Below are positions 61,928-64,000 of a stretch of DNA of 64,000 nucleotides, piece after piece; positions within the stretch are counted from its first letter, which is position 1, and the number at the start of each line of letters is the position of its first letter. The position numbers were made by a program, and so were the translations under genes. This DNA is from Monocercomonoides exilis PA203 (Eukaryota; Protista; Preaxostyla): assembly GCA_001643675.2 (NCBI GenBank), contig LSRY02000027.1:682001-746000 (forward strand), read 5' to 3'. The notes under the pieces were generated by a model. The model ran no database searches. It was not told the DNA's origin and saw only the letters and a list, made by a program, of their open reading frames with translations.

Positions 61928-64000
61928 TCAAGAGGAAACATTACTAATAGGACCAGAAAAAGTCTTTGATCTTGTTAGCGTTGCTCCAGTTGAGCCTATG
62001 GTGTTATGTGATTCTTGAGAATTATCAGTTGAAGAACGAGGAGGATTTGTGACAGCTTTTCCCGTCACCTGGCATGCAGATGATGAATTCAACAATGGAA
62101 AACGAGCCGTTGTTCCATAACTAGTTCCAGCAAATGAATGAGAAGTTGAAAGTTTTGGCTTCACCTGTTTTCCGTCAAAAGTACTGCTGCCTAAGTATGA
62201 AGGCGAACCATGTGGAGAGACAAGCGCAAATCTTGATGTTTGCCGGGCCGAGGTTGGACGATCAACAAACCTTGTGTCTATCGTTATTTCACCATGGCTA
62301 GTTACAGATTTCGCTTCTCCACTTGTCGTTTGCGGAAAGGAAGAAATTAGAGAGGAATGCGTTTGAATTGGACTGTTATATACTCTTTTAACTGGAGAAG
62401 ATAAATAACTTACTGAAGATACGGAACTGAAAGTTGAAGGAGAACGTCTAAGATCTGGTGGGGGAATTGTGTAACTCTTTTTTTCGCTCAAAGAATTACT
62501 TTCACCGTAATTGATTGAAATACTTGGCGTTGAAACTACACTGGGTGATTTGTGCAAAACCGCGCTCTTTGGGCGTTTTTCTTCCATAAAACTTCAAAAT
62601 AAGCAAAAATAAAGATTTTATTGATCGTGCGCATAACAATTTGTTTCGTGATATTTTTTGTTTCTAAACATTCTCGCACATACACATGAAATTCTTTGGA
62701 AAAAGTCAATAAACATGTTATAAACATAATAAACAATTTGAGATATTTATTAAGTGAATATTTTATTTTTGAATAATGTTTGTTTTGATTAATAATCGAA
62801 AGGCAAATATCTGCTTTCTGTATTAACCTTGTCTTTTCATTCTTTTCGACAAAAGACTTGAAGCATTCCTTTTTGAGCTAAAAACTGAAAAAAAATTAGA
62901 AAAAGATATCCCCCAAATCTAAAAATACTTTGATTTTATCTATAAAAATATCTAATAATCTGAAAATTATTTCTTTATTTTCGAGATAATAATTCATTCA
63001 ACACATAATAAACGTTAACATCATAATATTTTTTTAAAATAAATAAAAATTCATTTTAAAGAATTTCAAATTAAAAAAAATCTAATTTTTTGTGATATGT
63101 TCTCATTCAACAAAATCTGAAACATATTTGATATGAGTATCAAACGATACCTTCCACAATTTTCAGTAAAAAAAATGCATTTTACATCATCAACGTTGCG
63201 TCCTCTATTTGTTTTTGCTCCTCTTCACTGACATCGTCCTGTGGAATAAGATCCACACTATCATCGTCATCGTAGTCTTCCTGCCCGCTTCTGCCAAAAT
63301 CACCCATCAACTCTCCAGTGAAGCTGTTGATAATCGGTGGTGCATATTCGCTTGGCAACGGAATCATTCCCTGGCCTTCTGCCAGTTCATCATACTGTGT
63401 CGGTTCTGAACCAACAACAGCTCCTTCGACAGTTTCATCAGCATTTCCTTCACCACTCTGTTTCCCAGCTGGATTGGGTGTTGAAGCTTCGCTTGACACC
63501 CTGTTGCTGTCAGATTCAGCCAGTTTAGAAGACACTGTACTTGAGCTTCGATCAGGTACTTCTTCATTCAACAGCAGCCTCAATTGGCTTCTCCGTATGC
63601 TTTTCTCTTTCAGATCGACAATTGTGTCTGTGGAAGCTGACAGCAGGCGCTGCAGTTGCAATGCTCTTTGATCAGCCTGCGTGTGGTGATGATAGAACGA
63701 GTTGCTTAGCAATTCTGAAGGCGTCGGAGAATCACTCGAAATGGAGCTCGCCAATGTCGAAGCTGATTCGTCCATGTAGCCCTGAGAACTAGCACGAGAA
63801 ACAGATGAAGGCGGGATATCTTCGGGAGCAGTGCCACAAGCAACAGGACTGGATTCTTTAGCTTCATCTGATTCTTTTGATTCTTTTGCTTGTTCGAGTC
63901 TTCGTTTTTCCTCAGCCTCTTGCTCTTCCAGTTCAGCCAATCTCTGCATCAGCCTTGTCCTCTCCTCTTCGATGTCTTCCATTATCTCATACAATCTTTC
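61928..64000 (-). CDS. Hypothetical spliced protein (coiled-coil/acidic region, then Ser/Thr/Pro-rich region), 5' end outside window
   Basis: Same-strand ORFs 63994-63182 and 62587-61928 flank a small exon near 62877-62828 (LKKECFKSFVEKNEKT), which splices in frame to the downstream ORF. The upstream junction and true 3' end are unresolved, and I recognise no domain. Confidence 0.6.

Noticed and set aside
1-64000. CRISPR arrays, transposases, rRNA, telomeric repeats
   Set aside because: I saw no spaced direct repeats, transposase/RT motifs, rRNA-like segments or telomere arrays. The repeats present are coding microsatellites and homopolymer runs.

Overview
Eukaryotic, intron-rich, AT-rich protist DNA in the standard genetic code. 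Three features point to the amitochondriate oxymonad Monocercomonoides (an inference, not confirmed by a search): the base composition, massive poly-Ser/poly-Glu insertions, GT(T/A)TG splice donors and a copy of a lineage-specific 'EEKKKEEKNEKLL..LCECY' gene family. By splicing ORF fragments by hand I can support 11 protein genes. They are a USP16/45-like deubiquitinase (partial), an intronless bacterial KatE/HPII-type catalase, CSN2, a 13-exon ~6,100-aa GCN1, an eIF4E, an inositol polyphosphate 5-phosphatase, a lineage-specific family member, a pseudo-ART + double B-box + coiled-coil protein, a secreted V8-like serine protease, a 3,525-aa intronless protein (possibly Urb2) and a partial unknown gene. 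The best leads are: (1) the catalase has gained a signal peptide, and its distal Asn and several heme-pocket residues are replaced; (2) the 5-phosphatase catalytic domain is interrupted by ~1,600 aa of low-complexity sequence; (3) 33 of 35 inferred donors have U at +4; (4) the ART-like/B-box architecture. I recognised no tRNA, rRNA, CRISPR array or transposase. All exon coordinates are manual predictions without transcript support.
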